A DNA stretch of 64,000 nt from an uncultured Gammaproteobacteria bacterium (lineage in GTDB: Bacteria > Patescibacteriota > Patescibacteriia > Magasanikbacterales > GWA2-37-8). Under the pieces are notes generated by a model. The model saw only the letters and a list, made by a program, of their open reading frames with translations, ran no database searches and was not told the origin of the DNA. The position numbers were made by a program, and so were the translations under genes. The stretch lies in contig CAZHNI010000002.1 in assembly GCA_964533715.1 (NCBI GenBank), positions 46,496 through 110,495 on the forward strand. The letters are read 5' to 3'. Below are positions 24,442 through 35,161 of the stretch, in pieces (position 1 is the stretch's first letter; each line of letters opens with the position of its first letter).

Positions 24442-25567
24442 TTTTGTTTATCATTTCTGCGAGTGAAGGCAAAGGAGGTGCGTTTTTGGCAAGTTCTTTC
24501 ATTTTTTCAGGGTGCTCAGCAGCCCAAACCAGCGCTTCGCTTAATTCTTCAATTGAATCCGGTTGTACCAACAGGCCGGATTTTTTATTTTCAATTAATT
24601 CGGGGATCCCGCCCACACGTGTGGCGATAATTGGGACATGCGCCCTCAGTGCTTCTAAGAGAACATACGGCAAACCTTCTTTGCGGGAGGGGAGAACAAA
24701 AGTTGAAAATTTGGTCAGAAATTGCGCTGCATTTTCTGTTTGGCCCTTCAAAAAGATATTTGCACCAAGATTGTATTCAGCAATCAATTTTTGGATATAT
24801 TTTTTTTCTGGTCCATCACCGTAAATTAAAAATAAACTGTTATGTAATTTAATTTTCGCTTTGGCGACCGCTTTAATAAGTACATCAATACCTTTTGTTT
24901 TGTATAAATTAGCAATGGTACCAAAATATATTTTCGGTAATTGATTTAGTGGGTCCGCGTTCGGCAAAAGATTGGCTTTTCCGTCAGCAAGTGGGTTAAT
25001 TCCGTTTTGCACTAAGTGTATTTTTTCTTTTGGTATACCAATTGTCGTTCCACGCTCAGCGTCATGCTTTGAGAGCGTAATAATAGCCGACTTATCCAAA
25101 GCGGTAGATTTTTCTAAATAGCGGTACAGCGCTTGTCGCCACGACGCAAGTGGTTCATCAAATACCCAGCCGTGAACTGTATACACAATGTGCGGGCGCA
25201 GAGCTTTGGGTAGTCTTCGCGCCGCATACGAACCAATTACGCCAGCTTTGGAACTGTTTAAATGAACAATTCCAGGTCCAAAATTTTTATACAATTTTCT
25301 TAATTCCCATACCGCTCGAATATCGTCCCAAAGAGAGATGTTTCTTACTAAGTATTTTAATTGGACAATTTTAATTTTTTTTGTTAGTTGTTCATTGTTA
25401 ATTGTTAATTTATGTTGCAAATCTCTTCCTCCACTCGGTTCTCCCACCGCCACCGTTACCTCAAATTCAGGTCCCAAATTGGTGGCCAAATCAAACACAT
25501 AGCGTTGCGCACCACCCCACTCGCTTTGAGTAATAACGTACAGAATTTTTATCTTGGTGTGTAACAT
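24404..25567 (-). CDS. Glycosyltransferase, GT4 family
   Basis: N-terminal ILYVITQSEWGGAQRYVFDLA and C-terminal EGLPYVLLEALRAHVPIIATRVGGIPELI. Overlaps the convergent upstream gene by 38 nt. Confidence 0.8.
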   Translation of the reverse strand: MLHTKIKILYVITQSEWGGAQRYVFDLATNLGPEFEVTVAVGEPSGGRDLQHKLTINNEQLTKKIKIVQLKYLVRNISLWDDIRAVWELRKLYKNFGPGIVHLNSSKAGVIGSYAARRLPKALRPHIVYTVHGWVFDEPLASWRQALYRYLEKSTALDKSAIITLSKHDAERGTTIGIPKEKIHLVQNGINPLADGKANLLPNADPLNQLPKIYFGTIANLYKTKGIDVLIKAVAKAKIKLHNSLFLIYGDGPEKKYIQKLIAEYNLGANIFLKGQTENAAQFLTKFSTFVLPSRKEGLPYVLLEALRAHVPIIATRVGGIPELIENKKSGLLVQPDSIEELSEALVWAAEHPEKMKELAKNAPPLPSLAEMINKTTSLYRSFQVQP

Positions 25568-25663
25568 AAAAATGCTTATTTAAGCCAAGCCTGAACGAAT
25601 TGTATCATTTCAGGTAAACAATTGTCAAAAATGCTTTTTAAGATCTGTTAACTGCTAATTTTA

Positions 25664-25692
25664 TTGACTTTTTGTGTTTTTTGTTGTATACT
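25664..25692 (+). promoter_or_regulatory. Candidate promoter TTGACT - 17 nt - TATACT for the long plus-strand glycan operon
   Basis: Hexamers and spacing read from the sequence, 44 nt upstream of the ATG at 25736. Confidence 0.45.
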
Positions 25693-25735
25693 ACTTTGTA
25701 GGTTTTAGCTCAAAAAGGCTTATTTTATTTAAAAT

Positions 25736-26671
25736 ATGACCATAGTAGTAACTGGTGGGGCAGGGTTTATTGGTTCTCACCTGTGTGACCGTCTTGTGGC
25801 CGAAGGGCATCGTGTAATTTGTGTTGACAGTCTTTTTACTGGTAGCCGTGCCAACATTGCCGCTTTGCTGTCTAGCAAAAACTTTTCTTTTCTTGAACAT
25901 GATATTGTTCATCCTTTATTTATTGAAGAGAAAATTGATCAGATCTATAACTTGGCTTGTCCGGCCTCAACTATTCAGTATCAAGAAAACCCAGTGCACA
26001 CTATTAAGGCTAATACACTTGGCGTTATTAACATGCTGGGGTTAGCGCGTAAACATAAGGCTCGTTTTTTGCAAACATCTACTTCCGAAGTGTATGGTGA
26101 TCCAGAAATTCACCCGCAGACAGAAGAGTACCGTGGCAATGTAAACCCGGTTGGTCCGCGGGCCTGTTACGACGAGGGCAAACGTTGTTCCGAAACTCTT
26201 TGTTTTGATTATCATCGTATGCATGGTATGGAAATAAAAGTGGTGCGTATTTTTAACACTTATGGACCGAGAATGGCGTTTGACGACGGGCGTGTTATTT
26301 CTAATTTTATAATCCAAGCTCTTCGAAATGAACCAGTAACAGTATATGGCGATGGGAGCCAAACGCGCAGCTTTTGTTATGTGGATGATTTAGTAGATGG
26401 GCTCATTAAGATGATGAACAGTGATAAAACAATAACCGGGCCGATTAATCTTGGTAACCCAGGTGAACGTAGCATGCGCGAGATGGCCGAAAAAGTTATT
26501 GCACTTACAAAATCAAAAAGTGTCATTGTTAAGCGTAGTCTACCCACCGATGACCCGCGTCGACGTTGCCCAGATATAACTAAAGCACGTGAGCTGCTTA
26601 GTTGGCAGCCAAAAATCAAAATGGAAGATGGGCTTACAAAAACAATCGCCAATTTTAAATCACGACTCTAA
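25736..26671 (+). CDS. UDP-glucuronate decarboxylase / UDP-xylose synthase-like NAD-dependent sugar-nucleotide epimerase/dehydratase
   Basis: Motifs [39 protein letters not shown] and [10 protein letters not shown]. Closely resembles UXS/ArnA-type decarboxylases. Confidence 0.8.
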   Translation: MTIVVTGGAGFIGSHLCDRLVAEGHRVICVDSLFTGSRANIAALLSSKNFSFLEHDIVHPLFIEEKIDQIYNLACPASTIQYQENPVHTIKANTLGVINMLGLARKHKARFLQTSTSEVYGDPEIHPQTEEYRGNVNPVGPRACYDEGKRCSETLCFDYHRMHGMEIKVVRIFNTYGPRMAFDDGRVISNFIIQALRNEPVTVYGDGSQTRSFCYVDDLVDGLIKMMNSDKTITGPINLGNPGERSMREMAEKVIALTKSKSVIVKRSLPTDDPRRRCPDITKARELLSWQPKIKMEDGLTKTIANFKSRL

Positions 26672-26687
26672 AGTGGACAGCTACGCT

Positions 26688-28382
26688 ATGCGCCTTTCCA
26701 ATCGAATTCGCACGTATGTTTCCCAAAATAAAATATTGGCTATCACCCTGTTGTTAGCCAGTTTTTTTATTTTTTTCCGAATCTCTCACGTCGATATGCT
26801 CGGCGATGACGCACATTACAGCGTGCGATCCATTGGTCTTGTGGATTTTATGTTTTCGGATGTGGAATTTCAACCCACCCCCCTACAGTGGTTTGATCAG
26901 ATGCCTCTTTGGGCACGCCTATCCTTCCACGACCATCCCTTGGTGCTTTTTATTATTCAACATTTCTTCTTAACAATTCATCTCAGTATATTTTTTTCCA
27001 AGTTGCCGTATGCACTCATGGCTCTTGGAACAATGTTTGTTACGTATACATGGATTAAAAAATTATTTGGACAGCGCGTTGCTGAGCTAAGCGCCGCGCT
27101 GTTCCTTCTCAACGCACATTTTATATGGCAGGGCAGAGTGGCTTTTATGGAGAGCGGCGTTCTATTTTTTATTTCACTTGCGTGCTATTATTTTATTTTA
27201 TTTCTCGAGAATCCTAAAAAGTGGCTGCGATTTGGTTTCTTTTTAGGTCTGCTTGTGGAAGTAAAATTTACCACTCTTTTTATTTTTCCGGCGTTTCTTA
27301 CCTATCTTATTATCAAAAAACGTTCATTTTTTAGAGATGTCCGGTTGTATTATGCGGCTCTTGTGGCTGTTCTCGTTGTTTTACCAGTAGTTATTTACAA
27401 CGTGGCTATGTATAGTGCGCGCGGGCATTTTGCCCTGCAGTTAGCCAGACTATTTCATCAATCGGCAAGCCCCTGGCATTTATCAGGAGTAGGGGCCTCA
27501 AGTGGAGTTGGTTTTTTTGGTTATTTCTCTTTTCTTGGCGGGCTTATTTCATATCCGTTTCTGGTTATTTTTGTTTTATCAATTATTTACACCCTTATTT
27601 TTCGGCGCGATGCCTTGCTTATTCATTTGGCGCTAGGTTTTTTTATTGTCGAAGACTTGCTTATAGGTGCGCGTGATTTGTATCCTGTTTTTGCTGCTTC
27701 GCTTACCGCTATCGCCGGGTATGATTTATCTCAGCGTTTGGCTTTAAAACACGCTAAGTTAAGGCGATTTTTTTTGGGATTTGCAGTGGTGTTTAGCGCG
27801 TATCTGCTTTTTTTTATGGCGCGTAGTATTACTTTATTTTCTCCTCAAAATAAAATATATGCTGGTTGGTTGCAATCCAGCGAACCGATGATTAATGTGG
27901 GGGTTGCCCAGATGGATTCGTATCTCAATTCGCTTATAGCTCGCGACCACTCGCTTACTTTTTTGGATGGTTATGGAGATTTAAAATTAAAACAAAATAA
28001 TTTACAAAAATATCTTTTGCGTTTGACTACGGACGAGTTGGAACAAAAGCAGTCACATGCTCGCATTATTATTTTTGATGGCAATATTAATTGGTTTGCG
28101 CGGGTGTGGTTGTTTGAACGGCGGCGGTTTTACCAAAATGTACCCATTTTTTCGCTTAATGAAAAACAAATTTTAGACCAGCTTTCGTTGGAAGATTATT
28201 ATTTTATCAAAGTAACCGAAGACGGTCCGCTTGATCCATATCGTACTCCAAATGGAGAGGCGACCGAGCAGAATATTACGGCGCTTGGAATTAAACCCGA
28301 TTTAGTTTACCGGAATGATGGTAAAGTCGCGTTCAAAATATATCATGTGAGTCAGGGGTCGATACCAAAAAAATATGATTAA
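26688..28382 (+). CDS. Polytopic membrane glycosyltransferase, GT39/GT83 (PMT / ArnT-like) family
   Basis: About 12 TM helices in the N-terminal half and a soluble C-terminal domain. The start is the ATG at 26688 (MRLSNRIR...); the listed extension overlaps the upstream gene. Confidence 0.6.
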   Translation: MRLSNRIRTYVSQNKILAITLLLASFFIFFRISHVDMLGDDAHYSVRSIGLVDFMFSDVEFQPTPLQWFDQMPLWARLSFHDHPLVLFIIQHFFLTIHLSIFFSKLPYALMALGTMFVTYTWIKKLFGQRVAELSAALFLLNAHFIWQGRVAFMESGVLFFISLACYYFILFLENPKKWLRFGFFLGLLVEVKFTTLFIFPAFLTYLIIKKRSFFRDVRLYYAALVAVLVVLPVVIYNVAMYSARGHFALQLARLFHQSASPWHLSGVGASSGVGFFGYFSFLGGLISYPFLVIFVLSIIYTLIFRRDALLIHLALGFFIVEDLLIGARDLYPVFAASLTAIAGYDLSQRLALKHAKLRRFFLGFAVVFSAYLLFFMARSITLFSPQNKIYAGWLQSSEPMINVGVAQMDSYLNSLIARDHSLTFLDGYGDLKLKQNNLQKYLLRLTTDELEQKQSHARIIIFDGNINWFARVWLFERRRFYQNVPIFSLNEKQILDQLSLEDYYFIKVTEDGPLDPYRTPNGEATEQNITALGIKPDLVYRNDGKVAFKIYHVSQGSIPKKYD

Positions 28383-29505
28383 AAAACGTATTCTCATTTT
28401 TTCTACCGCGTATTTCCCGCTTGTCGGCGGAGCAGAAGTAGCGGTTAAAGAAATTACCGACCGTCTCCCCGAGTTTGAGTTTGTCATGATTACCGCTAGA
28501 ATTAAACCGGAATTCCCTGAAGTTGAGCAAATTGGCAATATTCAAGTTCACCGTATTGGACTTGGTAATCAATGGGACAAATTTCGCCTTATTTTAAACG
28601 GCTCGAAAAAAGCTAAAGAGTTAGGAAAATTTGATGCAGTGTGGTCAATTATGGCGAGCTACGCCGGTTTTGCCGCGCTTAGATTCAAGAAAAAAAATAA
28701 ACAGGTGCCATTTTTGTTAACGCTTCAGGAAGGGGATAGCCGTTTCCAAATTTATAAACACGTGTGGTGGTGTTGGTGGTATTTTAAACACATTTTTAAA
28801 AAAGCCGATAAAATCCAAGCGATTAGCAGCTATTTGGCACGTTGGGCAAGGCAGCTTGGTGCCAACGCCGAAACAATTGTAGTGCCGAATGGTGTTGATG
28901 TTCAAAAGTTCGCCTTTAATAATTCACAATCAGGAGCGCGAAACGAATTATTAAACAAACTCAATATTCCGCCCCAAGCAAAAATTGTTTGTACTATTTC
29001 TCGCCTAGTTAAAAAAAATGGAGTTGGCCCACTTATCAAATCACTCCAATATTTAAATCCTTCTGTTCATTTATTAATTTTAGGGAGTGGTGAACTGGAG
29101 CAGAACCTCAAAGCCCTTGCGCTAAAGCTGGGTCTTTCGGGGCGAGTTCATTTTTTAGGCAATACTCCTCATAATGTCCTGCCCCAGTACTTAGCAGTAA
29201 GTTCGGTATTTTGTCGCCCCAGCTTGTCGGAAGGTCTTGGAGTAGCCTTTTTGGAGGCTATGGCAGCAGGTGTGCCAGTGGTAGCGCCGGCAATTGGCGG
29301 TATCCCGGATTTTTTACTGGATGGTGAAACGGGTCTTTTTTGTAAAGTTAATAACCCTAAAGATATTGCCGAAAAAATTGAGCGAGTTTTAAATGACGAG
29401 ATGTTGGGAACTAGGCTCCGCGAAACAGGGCGAAAACTGGTTGAGCTTAAATATACTTGGGAGAGCGTTACTCGCCAAATGAAAAATATTTTTGAAAAAT
29501 TATGA
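28375..29505 (+). CDS. Glycosyltransferase, GT4 family
   Basis: EGLGVAFLEAMAAGVPVVAPAIGGIPDFL. ATGA overlap with the upstream gene. Confidence 0.8.
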   Translation: MIKKRILIFSTAYFPLVGGAEVAVKEITDRLPEFEFVMITARIKPEFPEVEQIGNIQVHRIGLGNQWDKFRLILNGSKKAKELGKFDAVWSIMASYAGFAALRFKKKNKQVPFLLTLQEGDSRFQIYKHVWWCWWYFKHIFKKADKIQAISSYLARWARQLGANAETIVVPNGVDVQKFAFNNSQSGARNELLNKLNIPPQAKIVCTISRLVKKNGVGPLIKSLQYLNPSVHLLILGSGELEQNLKALALKLGLSGRVHFLGNTPHNVLPQYLAVSSVFCRPSLSEGLGVAFLEAMAAGVPVVAPAIGGIPDFLLDGETGLFCKVNNPKDIAEKIERVLNDEMLGTRLRETGRKLVELKYTWESVTRQMKNIFEKL

Positions 29506-30635
29506 AATTATTAATTGCAGCGGATATTTTTCCTCCCGAGTCCGGCGGCCCGGCTACGTACTCTGTTACGCTGGCGAATGAACTCGTGAAGCGGGGAGTT
29601 GAGGTTGTAATCGTTTCGCTTAACCCTAATTCGGATAAAAGCAAGGTTAATTGTCCTGTATTTGTAGTTAAAAGTAGTTTTAAGCCACTGCGTTATTGGC
29701 AGTATTATCAATTATTGTTACAGCATGGAAAAGATGCTCATGTAATTTACGCCATGGGTCCGGTAAACGCTGGCTATCCAGCCAAATGTGCGGCGCAAAA
29801 ATTAAAAAAGAAATTTGTGGTCAAAGTAGTGGGGGATTACGCGTGGGAACAAGGCCAAGTTTCCGGGGTAGTCAGAGATTCGATTGATGATTTTCAGAAA
29901 AAGAAGTACGGCGGAAAAATCGGGTTGTTACAAAAAGTCGAGAAGAAAGTTGTTAAATGTGCCGACCGAGTAATTGTGCCCAGCAAATATCTGGCGGGAA
30001 TAGTAAAGGGCTGGGGAGCGGCAGGTGACAAAATAAGTGTGGTGTATAACTCCGCAGAGTTTACGTCCGTTATCGGGAAATTTTCACACCCCGGTGAGCG
30101 GTGGATTGTATCGGTAGGACGTTTGGTGCCCTGGAAAGGAATGTCGGCACTTGTTGAAATTATGCCAAATTTATTGGCGGCGCTACCAAACTGTAAATTA
30201 AAAATTGTTGGCGATGGTCCCGAAATTCAGAATTTAAAAAATTTAATTAAGGTTTTAAATCTAGAGAACGTTGTTGAGTTGGTAGGTAATTTATCACACC
30301 AAAAAACACTTAATTACATTCAGTCGGCTGATGTCTTTGTTCTCAACAGTGGGTATGAAGGCTTGTCACACGTGCTACTTGAAGCGCTTAATTCCGAGGC
30401 GCCTGTTCTGGCTAGTAATGTTGGTGGTAATTCAGAAGTAGTTCGTCGACAGGAGGATTTATTTGAGTTTAATAACAAACAAAGTTTGATTAAAAAAATT
30501 CTCACATCGCTCGCGTCTCCAGTTGTGAATAGGGCGTCGGAATGGATGAGAGGCGATAATTTTTATGGTCGCTTCATGTTGCCGATCATGGTCTCGAAAA
30601 CCAAAGAAATATTAGAAAAAGTATGCGCCAACTAA
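29502..30635 (+). CDS. Glycosyltransferase, GT4 family
   Basis: EGLSHVLLEALNSEAPVLASNVGGNSEVV. 4-nt overlap with the upstream gene. Confidence 0.8.
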   Translation: MKLLIAADIFPPESGGPATYSVTLANELVKRGVEVVIVSLNPNSDKSKVNCPVFVVKSSFKPLRYWQYYQLLLQHGKDAHVIYAMGPVNAGYPAKCAAQKLKKKFVVKVVGDYAWEQGQVSGVVRDSIDDFQKKKYGGKIGLLQKVEKKVVKCADRVIVPSKYLAGIVKGWGAAGDKISVVYNSAEFTSVIGKFSHPGERWIVSVGRLVPWKGMSALVEIMPNLLAALPNCKLKIVGDGPEIQNLKNLIKVLNLENVVELVGNLSHQKTLNYIQSADVFVLNSGYEGLSHVLLEALNSEAPVLASNVGGNSEVVRRQEDLFEFNNKQSLIKKILTSLASPVVNRASEWMRGDNFYGRFMLPIMVSKTKEILEKVCAN

Positions 30636-31591
30636 TGATAAGTTTGGACAAAAAAATATTGGACCAAACGTCCGCGGCTGCTCGGCGCATGGTTGAATAT
30701 GGAAAAGACAACGAATTGTACATAGTTATTCCACACGTCCAAAAACTGGAGCAAAATTTAAGTAGTTCCGTTCACGTATACGGCTCTGGCGGTAGCAGTA
30801 AAGTGTGCCAATTTTTTAATACCTGCAAAACCGCTCGCGGCCTGGTGCCGAAGTTTAAAATTAATTCAGTCACCACACAAGATCCGTTCTTTACCGGCTT
30901 GCTCGGGCTTCGCGTTTCCCATAAATTTAAGATTCCGCTTGAAGTGCAGGTGCACGGTGATTTTTTTAGCGGCACATATTATAACGCAACGTTTTTTGGC
31001 AAATTAAAAAATTTGCTCGCAAAATTTGTTTTACGCCACTCCGACTCGGTGCGCACGGTGGGGGAGCGAGTCCGCGCTAGTCTTGTAAAAATAGGCGTAC
31101 CAAAAGAAAAAATTTACGTAAAACCTATTAATTTAAATATTGGCACGGTGTCCAAAAAAAATGATTTGCCAAATAAGAAATATTTTGTGTGGGCCGGTCG
31201 AATGGACCCGGTAAAGAACTTGCCGTTTTTGCTCGAAGTATTTTGTGAAGTTTGCAAAACAAGGCCGGAGGCCCGCCTTGTATTAATAGGAGAAGGCAGC
31301 GAGGCAAATAAACTTCGAGAACTTGTGCGCGCGCTTGGTTTAGAAAAAAATGTTACATTTGTTGGCTGGCATTCAGCGCCATTCATGGATATATACAATG
31401 CTAGCGCCCTGCTTTTGCCAAGCTTAAGCGAAAGTTATAGCGCGGTCGCGATGGAGGCAAATGCAATCGGCACGCCAGTGATTATGAGCGACGTCGGAGT
31501 TGCCAATTACGAACTAAAGCCTAGTGACAAGGTAACTATCCTGCCTATTAATGACAAAGAAAAGTGGGTGCAGGCGATCTTAAAAGTATAA
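30623..31591 (+). CDS. Glycosyltransferase, GT4-like
   Basis: C-terminal SESYSAVAMEANAIGTPVIMSDVGVANYEL. Confidence 0.7.
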   Translation: MRQLMISLDKKILDQTSAAARRMVEYGKDNELYIVIPHVQKLEQNLSSSVHVYGSGGSSKVCQFFNTCKTARGLVPKFKINSVTTQDPFFTGLLGLRVSHKFKIPLEVQVHGDFFSGTYYNATFFGKLKNLLAKFVLRHSDSVRTVGERVRASLVKIGVPKEKIYVKPINLNIGTVSKKNDLPNKKYFVWAGRMDPVKNLPFLLEVFCEVCKTRPEARLVLIGEGSEANKLRELVRALGLEKNVTFVGWHSAPFMDIYNASALLLPSLSESYSAVAMEANAIGTPVIMSDVGVANYELKPSDKVTILPINDKEKWVQAILKV

Positions 31592-31597
31592 ATTAAT

Positions 31598-32209
31598 ATG
31601 GAAAAGCCCTGGGAGATTTTTTTAAAAGAAAAAATTAAAAAGATTTTTACGGAAAAGAAAACCATAATCGATATTGGTGGCGGTTTGCGTATTGATGCCA
31701 AGCGCAACAATCGTATCGATCCAAAAAATGTTTGGATTCAGGAGTTGCTGCCTAAAGTTGATTACAAAATTTTAGACAAAGTAGCGGATTATCATCCGGA
31801 TATTGTTGGCGATGTCCACCATCTTCCATTTGCCGACAACAGCATTGACGCCGTGGTTTGTATTGCGGTTTTAGAACACGTGGAGGAGCCTCAGCAGGCG
31901 ATGCGGGAAATATATCGCGTGCTAAAACCCGGCGGTTATTGTTTTTTTTACGCCCCGTTTTTGTATTATTACCATCCTATGAGCGGGTACTATAGCGATT
32001 TCTATCGGTTTACCTATGACGGTGTTAAATATCTCGCCAAAGATTTTAAAACAGTCCAAATTCAAAATGTGCGCGGCGCTTTGGCTACGCTAGGCAATCT
32101 GGTACCTGCTTTTTCCAAGCGCACCGGAATTTTTGAATTCTTGGACAAAGTATTCAAAAAAGAAAAAAGCAATCAAACGAGTGGTTACAGCGTATTTTGC
32201 ATTAAGTAG
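31598..32209 (+). CDS. Class I SAM-dependent methyltransferase (type 11)
   Basis: Motifs IDIGGG, DNSIDAVVCIAVLEHVEEP and LKPGGYCFF. Confidence 0.75.
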   Translation: MEKPWEIFLKEKIKKIFTEKKTIIDIGGGLRIDAKRNNRIDPKNVWIQELLPKVDYKILDKVADYHPDIVGDVHHLPFADNSIDAVVCIAVLEHVEEPQQAMREIYRVLKPGGYCFFYAPFLYYYHPMSGYYSDFYRFTYDGVKYLAKDFKTVQIQNVRGALATLGNLVPAFSKRTGIFEFLDKVFKKEKSNQTSGYSVFCIK

Positions 32210-32214
32210 AGGTT

Positions 32215-33252
32215 ATGAATCTTTTGGTTACAACTCAAGTAGTTAACAAAAATGATGCTAACCTTGGATTTTTTCATGAGTGGCTTAAGCGTTTAGCTGC
32301 TGAGGTCGACAAACTATATGTTGTTTGTCTTTTTAAAGGTGACTACGATCTGCCGTCAAATGTTGAAGTAATTTCGCTTGGCAAAGAGCAGGGGAAAGTG
32401 AATAAATTGATCTATTCTTTTCGTTTTTATAAAATTTTTTGGCAGCTGCGGGGCAAATACGACGGAGTATTCGTGCATATGAATCCCGAGTATGCCGTGC
32501 TCGCGGGGTGTCTGTGGAAATTGGCCAAGAAAAAAGTTTTGCTCTGGTATACGCACAAGTCGGTTGATTTTAAATTGCGCCTTGCCGAAAAATTGGTTGA
32601 TAAAATATTTACCGCCTCCAAGGAAAGTTTCCGCCTGCCAAGTAAAAAGGTTGAAGTGGTGGGGCATGGTATTGATACGGAACATTTCAGGCCTGGGCAA
32701 CGATTGTTACCATCAAATTATTTTTTGTCAGTTGGTCGCCTTTCTCAGTCAAAAGATTGGGAAACCGTTGTGAAAGCGCTGAAAGCAATAAACGACAATG
32801 GAATTATTATTAACCCTCTGCTCGATATTGCTGGTGTGCCTGTTACTGGTGCAGATTTTGAATATGTAAAAGAACTGCATAAAACATTTGGCAACATTAC
32901 TTTTAAATCATTTACTTATGATGAAATGCCACAACGCTATCAGTTGCACAGCTTACTCATTCATACCAGTCGTACCGGTAGTATGGATAAAGTCGTCTTG
33001 GAAGCTCTAGCTTCTGGGCGGCCCGTAGTTACTTCCAGTGAAGCCTATGCTAGTTTGGCTGATGGGGAGCTTAAAGGCGTGGTTTTTCGTTTTACTCCAG
33101 GTAATTATAAAGAATTGGCTAAGACTATTGAAAAAATATATACAGATGGTATACTTAACACTATCCCTAACCAAAAAGGGATTGATTATGTTAGGCAACA
33201 CCATAATTTAGATAATCTGATACAAAAGATTGTTGGATATTTTAAGGCATAA
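32215..33252 (+). CDS. Glycosyltransferase, GT4-like
   Basis: C-terminal TSRTGSMDKVVLEALASGRPVVTS. Confidence 0.65.
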   Translation: MNLLVTTQVVNKNDANLGFFHEWLKRLAAEVDKLYVVCLFKGDYDLPSNVEVISLGKEQGKVNKLIYSFRFYKIFWQLRGKYDGVFVHMNPEYAVLAGCLWKLAKKKVLLWYTHKSVDFKLRLAEKLVDKIFTASKESFRLPSKKVEVVGHGIDTEHFRPGQRLLPSNYFLSVGRLSQSKDWETVVKALKAINDNGIIINPLLDIAGVPVTGADFEYVKELHKTFGNITFKSFTYDEMPQRYQLHSLLIHTSRTGSMDKVVLEALASGRPVVTSSEAYASLADGELKGVVFRFTPGNYKELAKTIEKIYTDGILNTIPNQKGIDYVRQHHNLDNLIQKIVGYFKA

Positions 33253-33255
33253 TAT

Positions 33256-33954
33256 ATGAAACTATCGGTTGTCATTCCGGTCTATAACGAGATTAAAACC
33301 ATTGAGCAAACTCTAGCGACGGTAAAAGAAGCCGAATTGCCTAATTTAGAACGAGAAATTGTTATAGTTGATGACTGCTCAACGGACGGTACGCGAGAGT
33401 GGCTCCAAAAATTATCCGACCCGATGGCTAAAATTTTTTACCATGAAGTTAATTGCGGCAAAGGAGCGGCGCTCCGTACGGGTTTTAAGGAAGCGACGGG
33501 CGATTTTTGTATTATTCAAGACGCCGATTTAGAGTATGATCCGAATGAGTATCACCTGCTTCTCAAACCGTTAATAAACGGTAGAGCTGATGTGGTGTAT
33601 GGATCCCGTTTTGTTGGCGGTAAGCCTCATCGCATTTTATTTTTTTGGCATTCATTTGGTAATAAACTCCTCACCATTTTTTCTAACATGTTTACCGATT
33701 TAAATTTAACCGACATGGAAACGTGTTACAAAGCGTTTACCAAAGACGCCTTGCATAAAATTTTATCGCGGCTCACTGCTAACCGTTTTAATATTGAACC
33801 GGAAATTACCGCGCGAGTGGCACAAGCCAAGTTGCGTATCTACGAAGTTGGTATTTCGTATTACGGTCGTACGTATGCCGATGGAAAAAAAATTGGCTGG
33901 AAGGATGGTTTTAGTGCGGTGTGGTCAATTATTAAATTTAATATATGGCGGTAA
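33256..33954 (+). CDS. GT2 glycosyltransferase (polyprenyl-phosphate sugar transferase, DPM1/ArnC-like)
   Basis: Motifs SVVIPVYNE, VIVDDCSTDGT, GKGAALRTG and QDADLEYDP. Confidence 0.8.
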   Translation: MKLSVVIPVYNEIKTIEQTLATVKEAELPNLEREIVIVDDCSTDGTREWLQKLSDPMAKIFYHEVNCGKGAALRTGFKEATGDFCIIQDADLEYDPNEYHLLLKPLINGRADVVYGSRFVGGKPHRILFFWHSFGNKLLTIFSNMFTDLNLTDMETCYKAFTKDALHKILSRLTANRFNIEPEITARVAQAKLRIYEVGISYYGRTYADGKKIGWKDGFSAVWSIIKFNIWR

Positions 33955-35159
33955 AGAAGGTGCTTGTTGTTACACCAAAATTTCCATATCCCCCCAAGGG
34001 AGCATGTGAGTTGGATCGTGCCAGCGGAATAGAAATGCTGATTGCGAAAGGATTTGAAGTGCAGGTGATAACCAAGGTATACGACAGCGAACACGCTTTG
34101 GTTGCCAAGCATACTGCGGATAGATTGGGCATAAAAATTATGCCGATTGCTTATAAAAATTTAAGCATGAATTTTTTTGGTAGATTAAAATCAATTTTTA
34201 CGCGGGTAATTAAACCGTGGTATCTTGATGGCGCGGCTTTTGAATACGCCGATGCAGAAATTCAGACCGTACTCAAAACAACCCTGGATTCTTTTAAGCC
34301 GGATGTGGTGTGGTTTGATTATACGTATTTATGGCCGCTGTATAAATTTGTCAGACGGCGGAATATCCCCATAGTGACACGCTCAATTAATTTTGAACCA
34401 AATCATTTTTTAGAAGAGGATGGGCGATCGTTAATTAATTATTTCAAATTTTTACCTAAGTTATTAAGTGAATATCTTTCTGCCAAGTGGAGTGCTGTTG
34501 TCTTTGCCATTACTCCGAGCGAGGAGGCAATTTATAAAAAAATTGGCGCACCTAAAGTGGTCACTCTTCCGCTTCGCAGTTTGTCACGGTGTGTTAATTT
34601 TAAAATTACCGAACACGTCGGCGCCCCGCTCCAAGTTTTTTTTATGGGCTCCACCTATAATGTGGCCCATAATTTGGCTGCCCTGCGCTTTTTATTGTTA
34701 GAAATTGTTCCCAGAACGGAGAAAATGTTCCCGGGCCGTTTTCAGTTTAATATTTTTGGCGCTAAAATTCCCGAATCATTAAAGGTACAGCTCCGCCCTG
34801 CGGTTAGTTTTGTTGGTCATGTGCCTTTCGAGAGGTTAGACGGAGTCTTATCTCGCATGGACATCGCGGTAGTTCCTTCCTTATATGGCGCCGGTATGCA
34901 GCAGAAAATTTTTGAACCGATTACTCGCGGATTTTCCACAGTTGTTTCTCCGCGCGGCTTGGCCGGTTATCCTTTTAAAAATGACGAGCACCTGCTTCTT
35001 GCTTCCACGGGCGAAGAGTTTGCCAATAGCCTGGGCCGGTTGCTTGATGTTAATTTGCGTCGCCGGTTGTCGTCTGCCGCCAAACAAGCTGCTGCTCAAA
35101 TTTTTTCCAGCCAGACAATAGAGAAGATTATGTTCGACTCTTCACTTGGAGTTTTTTAA
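33945..35159 (+). CDS. Glycosyltransferase, GT4-like
   Basis: N-terminal VLVVTPKFPYPPKGACELD and C-terminal VVPSLYGAGMQQKIFEPITRGFSTVVS. Confidence 0.65.
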   Translation: MAVKKVLVVTPKFPYPPKGACELDRASGIEMLIAKGFEVQVITKVYDSEHALVAKHTADRLGIKIMPIAYKNLSMNFFGRLKSIFTRVIKPWYLDGAAFEYADAEIQTVLKTTLDSFKPDVVWFDYTYLWPLYKFVRRRNIPIVTRSINFEPNHFLEEDGRSLINYFKFLPKLLSEYLSAKWSAVVFAITPSEEAIYKKIGAPKVVTLPLRSLSRCVNFKITEHVGAPLQVFFMGSTYNVAHNLAALRFLLLEIVPRTEKMFPGRFQFNIFGAKIPESLKVQLRPAVSFVGHVPFERLDGVLSRMDIAVVPSLYGAGMQQKIFEPITRGFSTVVSPRGLAGYPFKNDEHLLLASTGEEFANSLGRLLDVNLRRRLSSAAKQAAAQIFSSQTIEKIMFDSSLGVF

Positions 35160-35161
35160 TT

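Noticed and set aside
26589-26687. 5' extension of the GT39-like gene overlapping the UXS gene by 83 nt
   Set aside because: The ATG at 26688 lies 17 nt after the UXS stop and directly precedes the first TM helix. An overlap is unnecessary.
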